From contig JALMLS010000612.1 of assembly GCA_038496445.1 (NCBI GenBank), positions 744,001 through 808,000 of the forward strand: DNA of 64,000 nt. Reading direction: 5' to 3'. A model generated the notes under the pieces. That model made no database searches. It saw only the letters and a list, made by a program, of their open reading frames with translations, and was not told where the DNA came from. The position numbers were made by a program, and so were the translations under genes. Positions 13,792 to 26,977 of the stretch are shown here, in pieces. This DNA is from Trichosphaerium sp. ATCC 40318 (Eukaryota > Protista > Tubulinea). How positions within the stretch are numbered: position 1 is the first letter of the stretch; every line of letters begins with the position of its first letter.

Positions 13792-14819
13792 ATGGCAGAA
13801 GCTCAAGAAAATCAGGCTCTGGGATTCACTGATGTTACTGACATTAAGAAATGGGCTCTTGTAGGAAAGTTCTTTACTAAAGTACAGTGAAATAAGCGCT
13901 TTACTATCCTTACGCGTATAAGTTCCCTCAAAGCAAGCTTATAAATCGTTTGGGGAAAAATATGTCTTATAACATTCCAAAGATGTCCCCAGATGATCTA
14001 AAGCCGTTATTTACATCTTCAGATACACTGAACACCAAAATATCACTATGGTCAGGTGATATAACGAGGTACAACGGCAATTCCACTTTTTTGTTAAATA
14101 ATTGCTTTTAAAGGCTGTCTATTGATGCCATTGTAAATGCCGCACATCGCGGTCTCACTGGTGGCGGGGGCATTGACGGAGCTATACATACAAAGGTATT
14201 ACATAAATTCGATTTAATGTACATAACACGTGACTAGGCAGGTGACGAACTTATGAAAGCTTGTTTGAAACTAAACGGGTGTGATTTTGGCGAGGTAAGT
14301 TTTTACAGATGTGTGACAGTTTTATGTGACTTACTGAGCTTTTACATTGAATAGTATTGTGGGGTTTCTACAAGCTGACATATTTTCATGTAGGTCAAGC
14401 CAACGGCTGGATTTGACTTGCCAGCCAAACATATATTTCACACTGTTGGGCCAACATCTCCTCTTCCAGGCGTTCTTAAGAGGTGCTATGAGAACTCATT
14501 AAATCTACTGGTCGAAATGGGACTTAGAACAATAGCTTTTCCTTGCATAAGCACAGGACATTATGGATATCCAATAGTAGATGGTAAAACAATTAATGCA
14601 TTTTTTTTGTGGACAGTACTATGTCACGTGCATAATATTGATTTTTGGTTATAAGCAGTCTCTTACATTTATCTTGTAGCTTCAAAAGTAGCTTTAAGGA
14701 CAATACGAGAGTGGCTAGAAGCAAATGAAGACAAAGTTGATAGGATAATAATATGTGTATTTACAGTGCGAGACGAAGTTGTATATGAGGCTCTTTTGCC
14801 AGTATATTTTCCAATGTAA
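13792..14819 (+). CDS. MACROD: MacroD-type macrodomain ADP-ribosylhydrolase
   Basis: [56 protein letters not shown], ends VYFPM. Confidence 0.93.
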
Positions 14820-15106
14820 AAACAACCCTCTAATCAAAGAACGCCTCCACTATTAGAAACATGAAGAACAACAAAAGGTCATTTGCGACTATGTAATTAA
14901 TGAATGAATGATAGTAAGAAGACTAGTTTAAAACTTTTACATAGGTTTTTTTGAGAATACCCAAAAATAGTCACAAAACGGTTTCGCACGTGTTTTGAGT
15001 ACAAACAAATAACACAGTATAGTATTTGCATTATAAATAAATTACATAACATATGTTTAAACACAAAGTGTTAAGAAATAAGAGTCTACATTCGTTATTA
15101 TTCAAG

Positions 15107-18100
15107 CTATTTCAACTCTTCCTGTGTAGATGGTGCTATTGAGGAAGAATCAAACGCCCAAAAGAGTTGTAGCAAGAAGCATTATTAACGTAACATAGTC
15201 ATTGTGCTTAAAAGTTTGTTTTAATTGTACATAGTATTACAAGCTATTAGCATTTGCTACATAAGAAAACAATGAAGGTTGTGATTTACCACTTTTTTGG
15301 GAAGAAGACTTCTTCTTTAAAGTTGGTGTTTTAGACCTTGAAGAAGGTTTTTTAGCTACGAGAACCTTCTTACCATGTGTAAGTTTCTTTGGTAATGTCT
15401 TACGCTTATTTACAGGTGATTGTATCGTATTAGACTTATCAGCAAAGATACGCTTTGAACTCTTCTTTGTGCTTTTAAATCGCTTCAGAGATGATGACGC
15501 ACGCAGTGCACGCTTAGTAGGTGATGTAGAGATAGAAGCAAAGAACTAAGAGTAAAGTATAAGTGAGTGTGGGCTTAAACAAAAAACAAAGAAAAAGGAG
15601 TAAAAAATATGAGTTCGTACGTTTGTTGTTTCTGCAACTTCAACAACTGGTTCCTCATCAAGAAGAGAACCTTGTGATTGAGACATAGCATGTAATATAT
15701 CCCTACTATAATCATCTGCTTCCAAAAAGCTTTGTGAATTGTGCTGTAATAGTAGTGTAAGTCAGAAAGTTCAAAGTAACAAATAAGAAACTTTTAAGAA
15801 AAGTTATTGACATACTAAATCTTGAGCGTGCATCTTGACGCGCATTTTCTCCTTGTAGGCCATACGTCTTTCTTCTCTAGCCTTTTCATGTTCTGCCTTA
15901 TCAAGTGGGGCAAGAACAGAACCAGGACCATCATTAACAACATGTCTGAATAAGCTCAGGCCATCATTGAATTCTTCCTCTTCTAATTGTGAAGCCTGGA
16001 AAAAATTGTTGGCATAAAAATAAACTAATCTTTCACAAACGTACTTCCTTCTGTTTACGTTTCTTGTCTCTCTTGAGCTTTTTATTAGCACGATAAATCT
16101 CTTCTTGTTCTTCGTCTTCATCATCACTATCACAACCATCCAAGCCTCTGCACGAACATGTTAACAAGAAGAGCAGGAGGTTGAGATTTGTTACCTTGTA
16201 ATTGGTAATTCACTCTTTTTACGCCAGTCACCATTTTTGAGGTTAGAATACATTTTTTGCACCTCAGCCTCTTGCTGTTGTCTGAACAAAGACAGATGAC
16301 CTTCGCCAGCCTACAACCGAAGATAAGACAAACGAAAGAAAAAAAAGAACTTCGTACTTTTGTAGGCTCAAATAGAGCTTCTTCATTATCAGAGTTGACA
16401 GCTAGGATGTCTTCATCATCGTCTTCTGAAGATGCATCAGAGTCGTAATCAGATACTTCAGAGTCAGCATCAGAGTCATAGTCAGAGTCAGGCAATTCGC
16501 CATCGAATTCTTCAATATCGAGATTGGCTGCCGTTATCTCAACAGCTAATAAATTGAATAAGTAAATAAGAAAAAAATAAGAAGATGTTTCCCACCTTCT
16601 TCTTCCTTGGAACTAGAGGATTCGCTTGCTTTAGCACTATCGTCAATTTCCATAGCATCTACAGCCATACTTTGTTGTGTTTGCAAAGTAGGTAATACAA
16701 GAGCAAGAGATCCTGGAGTCTCTTGAGGTTCTGAATTTCTTCGTTCGGACTCTTCAGTAAAATCAGCAACATCTAGGTCCTAGAGAAAAATGTTAATTAT
16801 GTGTTGTACAGTCTTGATCTGCTGTGTACCATTTCCATTGTCATTACACCAAGTGTAACTGGTTGTCGCATAGCAGTAATTTGTTGTGGTTGTGGGGTTG
16901 GTGTTTTTTCACCTTCCAAAAATACATCGAATAAATCATCGTCTTCACCTTCCTCAACTAATTCAACCTCAAACTCTTGGCTTTCTTCTGCTTCTTCACC
17001 ATCTTTTTTATCTTCAACAACAACAATAGGTGGACGAGACAACTACACAATGCACAGTTAACCAAAATGTCAAAAGCAAATGAAAAAAAAAACACAACAT
17101 TGCACATACTTTTTCAGCGTTGTTGCGTATCTTGCTTATCAACTGCATGGCAGCGGACTGATATGAGAAGGACTCATCTTTCTTTGGCTTAGGGAATTCA
17201 ACCTTTCTACCACGGATAATCTCTGATTGACCAGCAAAACGTTGAAACTCATCCATCTTTGTTGGTTTTCTAGGCGTTCTAGCTTTTTTTCGTTTTCGGG
17301 GTGTCTTTGACTTAGGTCCTTTTGTAGCATTCTGATGACGCTAATAGAGGGTAAGGACATATAATCGATTATAAAGATCCTTTGTAAAATACCTCAACAG
17401 CACCACCACTGGTTATATTGATTGCTGATAAAAATGGATCATCTTGAAAATCTTTTTCAACGATAACTGTTTTGCCTGTTTTTTTCTTCAACGCTGACAC
17501 AGGCCCTTTATTTGTAGCAATTTGTTCGTTTTCCCATTTTCTACGCTGTAGTAGATAACGTCAATACATAGTCACAATAAAAGCGCGTAATCAAGCGAGT
17601 TTTCTTCAAAACACAAAGAAGAAGAAAAATAAAAAAAACGTACTTGTTTTTCAAGCCATTCGTTATTGCCTTCCTCGTCATCTGATTCCTCACTGTCGCT
17701 ATCAATAATACCAAATTGCTTTAACTCTGCTAAGCGATTATTCGTCTCAGCAGCTGCTTGCTCTCGGCTACAAAGAAATAATTAGAACCATCTCATTAGA
17801 TACAATAAAAATCCCAAAAAGTTCTTACTATTCACGTTCTTTGCGTTGTTTACGCTCATCCATAGTTTCTCGTATAGCTACAAGTTCACTTTCATTTTCT
17901 GGTAGTGGTACACCTAATTTACGCTTCTTTGCGCTCTGTTTTGGAGAAGAATCTTCTCGTTTACCTTTTGGAAAGTAAGCACGTTTTTTTTGTAACGTAT
18001 TTGTCATTATGTTTGAAAGACTCTTTCGTAACTTACGTTTTACAGGTCCTGGTGCGTTTTTCTGGCTTGTTGATTCTTTTTCATCTTCTACCTACAGATG

Positions 18101-18443
18101 TGTAAGTTTCAGACTGTAGAGGCGTATATAGGGCGTATTTCATACTTCGTCGTCTGAAAAGCTTATATCAACATCACTGGAAGCGGGACTCTGCACATTT
18201 TCGTTTTGCGTCCTGTTTGTGGTCAAAACAGTCTCGTATAAGTATAACAGCTATAGCTGCGTATAATAGGAAAATGCGTACACGTCTTTGTTTACAATTG
18301 ATGTATCAAGTGACTGTGTTACTCTAGATAGCGTTACAACATATACAAAGCGAAAAGAAGTGATTGGCGTACTCAGGTAATCGCAAAGTGTCTGACCCTA
18401 TCGCATCTATTGTTGCGATACTAGGAGACTCTATGGAAGTCAT
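15107..18443 (-). CDS. Large low-complexity acidic/basic protein, unknown function, multi-exon (ends approximate)
   Basis: Chain of minus-strand exons with GT..AG borders encoding D/E-rich and K/R-rich stretches; no family recognised. Confidence 0.6.
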
Positions 18444-18635
18444 AACTTGAGGGTTTATAGTTTGAATTTTAACCGCAAGTTTTAGGCGCCGATTTAAAAA
18501 AGTTTAAATATTGGTTTGTCAACGCCAGTATGCAGTGAACAAAACGCACCACGTTACTCAAGGTTAACAGCAATGCTCTTGTAAAGCGTAATGGTATGTT
18601 TTTATTAAATTGTAGTTTGAAATAAGTAAACGGTT

Positions 18636-19515
18636 TTATTCTACTTGTACGTCTACAACGTCTTTTTCGGCCATGAGAGGTACGTAAACTCTCAAAACAC
18701 CCTCATTGTACTTTGCAGAAATATCTGTTACATCAGCATCCTTTGGTAGAACAGTAGATTGGAAGAACTCTCCAGTGTAACGCTCTTTTCTAAGTACGTG
18801 AGATTCTTCTTCTTCATCTTCTTCAAGATCATTTGCGCGTGCGCCACGAATTACTAGAGTGCCTTCGTCTTGTACAGTAATCTTTATATCCTCCTTAGCA
18901 ACGCCAGGAACTAGAAAAAACGTTAAGAAAAAAAACCAACGCGAGAAATTTTTTTGTAGATGATCAATAAACGAGCTGCAAACGCGTATGAGATTTTATG
19001 AGCGTCGGCAGTCTTTTTTGAAAGAAAATAACGTACGATCTACGGTTACTCTAAATTCGTCCTCAGTGAGTGAAATATCCATTGGTGGTTCATGCTCCAT
19101 TGGACGCTTACATAATCATGAGTTTTGCCGTTTGCAACAAAAACAAAAATGTCAATGTTGCGTACTTGTGGGGTAAGATCAGGGTAGTCGTATGGGTATT
19201 CGGCGTCTTCCATCCAGTATGGTAATTCGGGTTCGTATTGTGGTGCTGGCATTGGGTTGTAGCGTGGCCTGTTTTGGTACAAGGCTCTTGGTTGTCTTCG
19301 TAGTCTATTGCCTACTATGTGAGCGTTAAAACAAACCGTTTAATGTCCACCAGTGAAAAACGAACCAGGAATATCGTCTCTGGTCACACCGCTCGTATGA
19401 ATGTATTTAGAGGCCACTTTTGATGCCTACAAATGTATTACTGTCTTTATGTCTTATTTCTGCTTACCTTTGTGGCTGTAGTATATGTAGTACGTAAAGC
19501 GAAGCGTGAGAGCAT
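18636..19515 (-). CDS. Small heat-shock protein (HSP20/alpha-crystallin) with likely mitochondrial presequence
   Basis: PPMDISLTEDEFRVTVD, PGVAKEDIKI, ERYTGEFFQS, ISAKYNEGVLRVYVP; N-terminus MLSRFALRTTYTTATK. Confidence 0.88.
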
Positions 19516-19903
19516 ATTTTCTCGGGTTTCTTAGCGAATAAAAGCAATTTGTAGCTTAAAACTAGTAAGTCACCACTAATTGGCGTAACCACTTCATCAT
19601 AACCGCGTCAGTGCGCTACTTTTGCTTACTTCACGACAAAAGGACGCTAAAAGAGGCACATCTCAGCCAAGTGAGCTCACTTCGCCTAGTACATCAGCAC
19701 TGTAGAAATTCTCGCCGTTACTGCCATTCACTGGCGCTGTTGTCATAGGGAGTGACACGTGAAGGACAAGTATTTTGACGTGGTTCAGTTTTTTCATTAT
19801 AATGTAATCAAAGGTCACAGTTTCATTGTACAATTGTTATTGTTTATGGTTTTGGAGTACAATCAAGCTCTGATTTGTGTATTTTCTTTTATACGGTGAA
19901 CAA

Positions 19904-22900
19904 TCAGTTTGCAGTTGACGTAGCTTGAGCCTTGCGATGATCTTGTAGTGTAAATGGAAAGACTACTTTGCGAAGTGATGGCACACAGAAAATAACAACA
20001 ACTATTATTATCGCTGCTAAAATAACCACAGCAACAACAATACCAATGATGACACCCAACGAACTATCATCACCATCGTCATCAGTATCTTGTGGCGTGC
20101 AATCCCCGGCTTTAATTGAAAAAACACCAGCTAATATCAAGTCAACACGTGACAGTTTCTAAGGAAAGGACACTCACGGAAGGTTTGTTTCTTCAAAGAA
20201 CATTGGTTCACAAAAATACCACTTTCTGACAGTGATGGAGTACCAGTTATCTCACAATCAGTAGTAGAAGCAATTTTAAGGACTTCACCTTTTGTGTTGC
20301 CGTCAATACCATCAATAAGAATAGTTCCATTAATAAATACGCATCCTGATACAGTAATAGTTGTAAAGACTGGCACTTTAAGAACAGAGTTGGGTTCCAT
20401 TGTAAAGTTGCCTATTGCGGTCTTAGTGATGAACAAGTAATTATGATACTAACCTAGGATCTCTACATCTCCTGGTATGAAAAGAGAGGTGCTAACAACA
20501 ACACTTTGAGGTATTTGTACAGGCAGTTGTCTACACATAGGTCTATTCGAACCACTGAAAAAACCAGTGCAATTACAAAGGTAATTATAATCCAAGGTTG
20601 TGGTACAATCATTATCACAATGTGGTTGTCTCGAGTCTGGACACCAAAAGTAATTATCAGAAACGTCTCTATAATAAGTAATATTAAATAATGACTACTA
20701 GTATTAGATCACGCACACAGTGTTCGACACTGCACCTGCAGGTAACTGCCCATATAAGTTATTGTGTGAAATATCTCTAAAAGATAATCAGCTATATTAA
20801 TGCAGATAAGGTTACATTAATCGTTGCATAGGTTCTCTAATGTCGGCCAAATGACATGTGAAGTTGTTGTTAGATAGGTTAAGGAGTGTAATACTGTCAT
20901 CTGATAACAGGCCGGTTGGAATGCATCCTGATAACTCATTATGACTTACGTCACTATAATTTATTAATATCTCAAATAGTGATAAGAAGTACGCACAGAG
21001 CCTCAAGAGTTTGTGTCGGATTTGGTAGCGATCCATAAAATTTGTTGTTTCCCAGGTTGCTTTTTTTCTGGTTAGTTGTATTTGAAGAAAACTGTAAGTA
21101 CTTACATCTTGGTTGCGCGAATCCATGTTTGAATTTCGATAATGTCATCACTGAATTGATTACCATTTAGGTTACTACAGCGGTATTCAATACAATAGAT
21201 TAAACACTGAGATAATCGTACACTTCTGTATACACAGAAAGAAAGGGTTTGAGAGTACCATGTAAAGAATTACCAGAAAGATCTCTAAACGATGAAGTGT
21301 TATACACAAAGAATGAAATGACTAATACCGTACATTCTATGCGGAGCAGACAGAAGAGTGACATTAGGGAGAGTTCCAGTCAAGTTATTATTTGAGAGAT
21401 TTCTAATAATAGGTCAACGTGGTATGTTATTTTCTTGTCCTTGTACATGGTTCCGGGCAGAGATAAAACCCATTCTGGAATTTCACCACTCAAATTGTTT
21501 CCTGATAGGTCTCTACAATGATGTTAGTATTTAGTGCAGAAAGTACGTTGTGGTACAGATTTCTAAATGTGTTATTAAGAGCGGCTGGTATAGAACCTGT
21601 GAGACTTGCGTTTGGGAGAGATCTGAATTTAATTTAATAAATAGTTAAAGATGATTGAATGCAACCAACGTACACAGTTTCTAGTTTTCGATTTAGAAAG
21701 TTGGCAGGAATTTCATCAATTTGTTGCTGTAAGCTCCTAAACAAACAAAAAAATTAGATTCTGTACATAACCAACTATCGCACAGTTGGGTCAACGAGAG
21801 AAAGTAACTTGCAATTTTGGACAAGTTAGCTTTGACGCCAGTATTTTTTAGATTCCTACTCAGTTGGTGAGGTAAGAAAAATCACGTGTACCTTACAGCA
21901 CAGTTATATTGTTAAAGTAAAAGTCATCAGGTAATTCCCCCGATAAACGGTGAGAGCCTTCCAATTCACTCAATGGAACATTAGCTAATTAACAGGTTTC
22001 TTTTACCCCTTACAGTTGCCTCAAACTTCCTGGGAGCATAGGTATATCGCCATACATTTGTGTGTGGGGTAGTGCACTAATGTATTAGTATGTTAGTATC
22101 ATAGTATCTACCTGCGCTGGCGTACATTCTATTGAGATTGAGGAAACGAATATTAGAGAATAGCTCAGTAAAATTACCAGTTACTGAAGAGCTTATCTCG
22201 CTAAGACACCTGTGAATAATATTTCTGACAAAGATTCTTTGTACAACGTAACCAAGTTTGAAGGTACTGATTGCAAAAAAAAACTACTGGAGAGTATACC
22301 TCCGTGTACAGCTTTAATAACACTAAGTGATATGTTAATTGTACCTGCACTTTACAGCATAGACCGTACAGTGTTTTTAGAGTAGGCATTTTGCCAAGAC
22401 AATCAGGCAAGTCGCCACTTGCTCCATTGTTTTCTACCAATGAGCTGTTCGAGTAATAAATAAAGTAAGGTTAAAGTTAGTGTCATCGTACAGTTCTTCA
22501 AGAACACTCATCTCACATATACTTGACGGTATTTCTCCTTCTAGAAGCGTTTTGTATGCGCGGCTGGAAAATAGTGAGAACGAAACGATAACAAAAATAG
22601 TACATTATCGTTAAACGTTGAAAGTTGGATACGGTGTGAAGTGTCCAGTTTATTTTTTGATCTCTAATATCCCTAGAATGTAATTAAGATACCTATTATG
22701 ACATCGAAGTTATTGTACAATACTACCAAGCTGTTGTTCAATTCTGCGATTGAGTCTGGCAGCTTTCCCTTATAGTTCCCAGCTGCCAATGTACTAAATA
22801 TTAAAAATAAATAACGAAACTGACAACTGGTTGTACATGTTGGTTACCATGTCGTTTCCGTCGCATTCTACACCGGCCACTTGACATACCTGGGTATTGT

Positions 22901-23043
22901 GAGCATTTATTACTATTCCATTTACGCACGTGCGAAGCAAAGCCAACACTATCTTTAAACGTTTGTAAGAAGTCTCCACTAAAATCTGACACGCATTGCG
23001 ATACTACAGCAAGCAGTATTGTACAAACCAAACAGAGTTTCAT
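19904..23043 (-). CDS. Type I membrane LRR receptor-like protein (signal peptide, more than 15 LRRs, Cys-rich stalk, TM, short tail)
   Basis: Signal MKLCLVCTILLAVVSQC, LRRNT-like cap (GVECDGNDMV), repeats such as DLSGNNLSGEIP and NLSNNNLTGTLP, TM LGVIIGIVVAVVILAAIIIVVVIF; no kinase. Confidence 0.9.
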
Positions 23044-23815
23044 TTTTAGCTTTATCTAAATCCCGTTACGCCGGTGATGCTTGTTAGATGAATGTTGGTT
23101 CATGAGGGTAGAGAATCTTCTTGATTTTTCAACTAAACAATTACGATTGTGGTACTTTTCTTTAAATTGACGGTAACAGGATACACTAGCCTAATACCCT
23201 CTTCAATGTTCAATTTATGTGAAATCTAACTATTGTGCTTGGAACTTCAATATTTTTGTTCGCAACTGCGTAGCACGTTGGCTTTAAAAAAAACCTCAGC
23301 AGATTTCAGCTAATATTTTCAAAACGTGTGTAGCAAAACAATTGCAAGTTGCATTTTGGATGGTATTCGCTAAATGTACTCACAAGACAAAGTTATATCA
23401 GAGCATAATTCTACAAACTATCACGTGTAGAATAAGCCATTACCTAAAAATACTGTTGTTCAGCTTAAAATATTGCCATGTTTAGCCATGCGTAAACCAA
23501 TGACTTTTCAAGCGTTTGAAAATGCTGGGATATGCACATATATATACCTGTTGCACGAACACTATGCTCTATTTAAGAATCAAACCGTGGCAGCCATGTC
23601 AAAAGAAGACCAAAAACCGATTGACACAAACTAAGTTGTTAGAAATAGCCTACTTCTATTGACACCAACAACAACAATTAAAAGTTGCGATTGTATAGCT
23701 AGTCACGTGAAACGACGATTGGCATTTTATGGAAATGAAGCAAACTAGGTTAAAATTAGAAAAGCCTTGACTTGGACCTAAACACTCTATTAGCTTCAAA
23801 AATAACTAAAAAGTG

Positions 23816-25282
23816 ATGGCAACCACTAAACCTACTACAAAATCGTTTGGCAAGTATGATAAAGTCCGTGTCGGGTTTTTATGTGCTTCACACAAGCTAG
23901 AGCACATGAAGACAATGTTGGCCGTTTTCAAGGAAGCCTTAGACTTGTAAGTCCCGAATTCACGAGAACACTCTTTTTTGAGCTTAAACGGCATTAAGTG
24001 ATCTAAAATACATACACAGCAGCGACTATATCGTTTTAACGCCATTTTAGGACATACGAGTATTCTTTGATCAAAAAAGCTGACTTGAGCGACTATTTAT
24101 TCAAGAACACTACTCCTACAACCCTTACAGTACTCTTTGTAAAACTACGCAAAGAACTATCACTCCTACCAACCGATAGTGACCAGGTACGCATTATTAG
24201 CCTCATACCACTCCACGCCAAAAGGAAGATCAATTAGAATTTAGTTGTGGATTTAATATCCAATTTTGCTTCTTATTACTAACAACACAACAAGGCGCAC
24301 GCATATGCTAAGCAGCTCATGACACTCGTAGAAAAAGCGGAGCAAACAGAGAACATCATTGTACTCGACCCTGTAGTGCCTCAAAAAACGTTAACGGATC
24401 GTGCAGCATGCCTAGCGTTTATAGAGAAAATTACAGAAGCAGTAAACTCAGTACAAGCGTACAAAGGTAACAACATTCAGAAAATTTCAATTCAAAAAAA
24501 AAGATTGAACTCTTTAACGTCTCATTCTGACTTTACGTATTAGATAATCCGCCATTGGAGGCTCCTGCGTCTGGTGTACTAAGGTCTAAAGAGGAAAAAC
24601 TCCCAAAAGATGTTTCCTTGCCTATTGTAGTAAAACCTCTATTCGCTGAGGATCATCAATGTGGTGTTTTATTCGAAGAAAAAGAAGTATTAACGATAGG
24701 TGAAAAATGGAATTATCCTGTTGTTGTACAAAGTTATGTACCTCATGATTCATTTTTAATTAAATTGACATATATTGGTGGTAAATGTCAGACTGCTTTC
24801 CGTGGTTCTATACCTCTTTTTAGAGAAGATACAAAATCGCCAGCAAAAGGTGATGAAATGTTCACGTTTTTAACGAAAGAATACTGTAAGAGATCACTAA
24901 CGGAGGTACCAACATGCTCATATTTCTTGCAATTTTTTTTTTGCACGTGCATGTGATTCATGGTGGATTTCTGTAGGAGGAAAAAGTTGGTAAATTGGGT
25001 ATTGGTCCTGAGTTAATGCAAACCATTGCAGATATGACTCGAAAAGTTACAAACTGTGCTTTGGTTGGTCTTGACTTGATTTTAAATAAAGATACTGGAA
25101 AATGGGTTATAATCGATGTAAATCACTTCCCTAGCTATGTTGGTGCGTCAAATACAACTCTTTATTTACACCAAGCGTCATTACCATAATATTAATAAAT
25201 GAAATTAGGAGCTAATACAGAGATGGTTTCTAAATCATTTGTGACACTCGTTGAAGAAAGCTTGGCAAAATTCAAACAGTAA
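23816..25282 (+). CDS. ITPK1: Inositol-tetrakisphosphate 1-kinase-like ATP-grasp kinase
   Basis: LPIVVKP, PVVVQSYVPH, LVGLDLILNKDTGKWVIIDVNHFPSY match ITPK1 family motifs. Confidence 0.85.
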
Positions 25283-25468
25283 AACACAAAATTTATTTGA
25301 AATCATCTTCGCTGTATCACTACAGAACAAATATTGTACTTAGACCTCTCAGGTAAATATGTACCATTTTCGTATTCGCTGATGATTGCTTGAAATGCAC
25401 TATTGGCTTCAAGATATTGTACAAATGGTTTTAATAAGAACTGTATTAAGAATGATTTAAATGTTGAA

Positions 25469-26778
25469 CTAATTCCTATTGATTTTCTTTTTGTACACGA
25501 GTTGAGGTTTATACTCTCCATATATCATTTTCTTTATTGTCCATCGTTCTCTCGGATGACCTAGAGCATGTTGAATGTATCTATAAAAACTTAGCCCAAT
25601 AACGACATGCAGATCAATGTTTACCTAATGCCTTTAATTGTGACATCCTTATCAAAATGGCTGTGTCCGAAAATATGAACTTTCGGGTTGATAGTCCGTA
25701 TCTGTGTCTCTAATCCAGGTGTGCCAACAACCTATACAATGCAAGAAGTTAGAACTTACATCTTTAAAGCTATCATGAACTACCAGAGGAAGAGTTTTAT
25801 TTGGAAGCCAAAATGTTGCTGGTATTAAGTCTCGTCGAGGCAAGAAATGACTGAAAGTTATGACATCCTTTCCAGGATAAGCTTTAACGTGTTCTAAAGC
25901 ACAAAATCAAACACACTATTTCTAGCATAGTACAACAGAACAAGACGTATAAAAACTGTCAATCAAGGAAGGTTACCTTCATTCAAATCCAAAAAATAAT
26001 CAGCAGGTGCATCTGGATCACGATCAATATCCAACTCCTCAGGCCAAACTACGCGTCTGAAACAGCTATTAATGCTAACAAAACTTGTATAAGCTTTCTG
26101 TAAATCAGTACCTAAAGTCAAGCCAGCGGCGCTGCAATGTAAGTTAGGTTGAGAAGAAAAAAAGCAGGTGACGAACTCTGAACGATGTGTCTCCTTTCCA
26201 AGTTTTATCAAGTGAAGGAGTATGCCATGCTATAAAACGACCTTGGTTAGCTTTTATCACGTGCTTGACTAAACAAGGAAGGTACTACCGAACAATGGTA
26301 CAATGACAACACCATTGAATTCTTTTGGAGAGGTGTATACATCCAACTCATCGCACAGTTTAAGAACTGCTTCAAATTTTTCAACTGAGTTTGAAAACTG
26401 GCTTCTGCGCTTTCGCAATCGGAGCTCATTGTTCCCTGGAACAAAGAATAGGTTGCTACAGTACGATTTAAGCATAGTCAGGGTTTCTGAGTTCTGTTGT
26501 TAGCTCGTACAATAAAACTAATGATCACGTACCTTCTATAACGTCCATATGACTAGAAATGTCTCCAGCGAGTATTAAAACCTAATTTTACAGATAAGAC
26601 AATGATAAAAACAGACCAAAAGCCAATACGTCATCAGGGCGAAAATTAAAGCTGCTCATCGCGTTTATGATGTTATAGTTATCTTCCTCGTCAGTGTGAA
26701 TATCTGTTTACAGTTAAACTAGCCAACATAGACTCTAGGTTTACCTGATATTGAAAAAACTCGCTGAGACGAAGCCAT
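25469..26778 (-). CDS. Calcineurin-like metallophosphoesterase
   Basis: SDIHT, LAGDIS, VPGNNE, FSHFLP and FGHSH motifs. Confidence 0.9.
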
Positions 26779-26977
26779 GGCTACTGTAGTACTCAGGTTG
26801 AGTATAAATTCGTGTTTTCAGTGAATCGAAGTAAACAATGGTTCAAATAACGCCTCTTTGCTAATGATTGCTGCAGGAGTACATGTTATCAATGGACATC
26901 CATATTAATAACTAATGACGTTGAATAAAGCGACTAGTATTTTGATTTTGTACAATTTTGAAAAAGTTGTTCTTTTG

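Noticed and set aside
25520-25530. Possible TGA readthrough or selenocysteine in the metallophosphoesterase
   Set aside because: On re-reading, the TGA is out of frame; the CDS continues to a normal TAG
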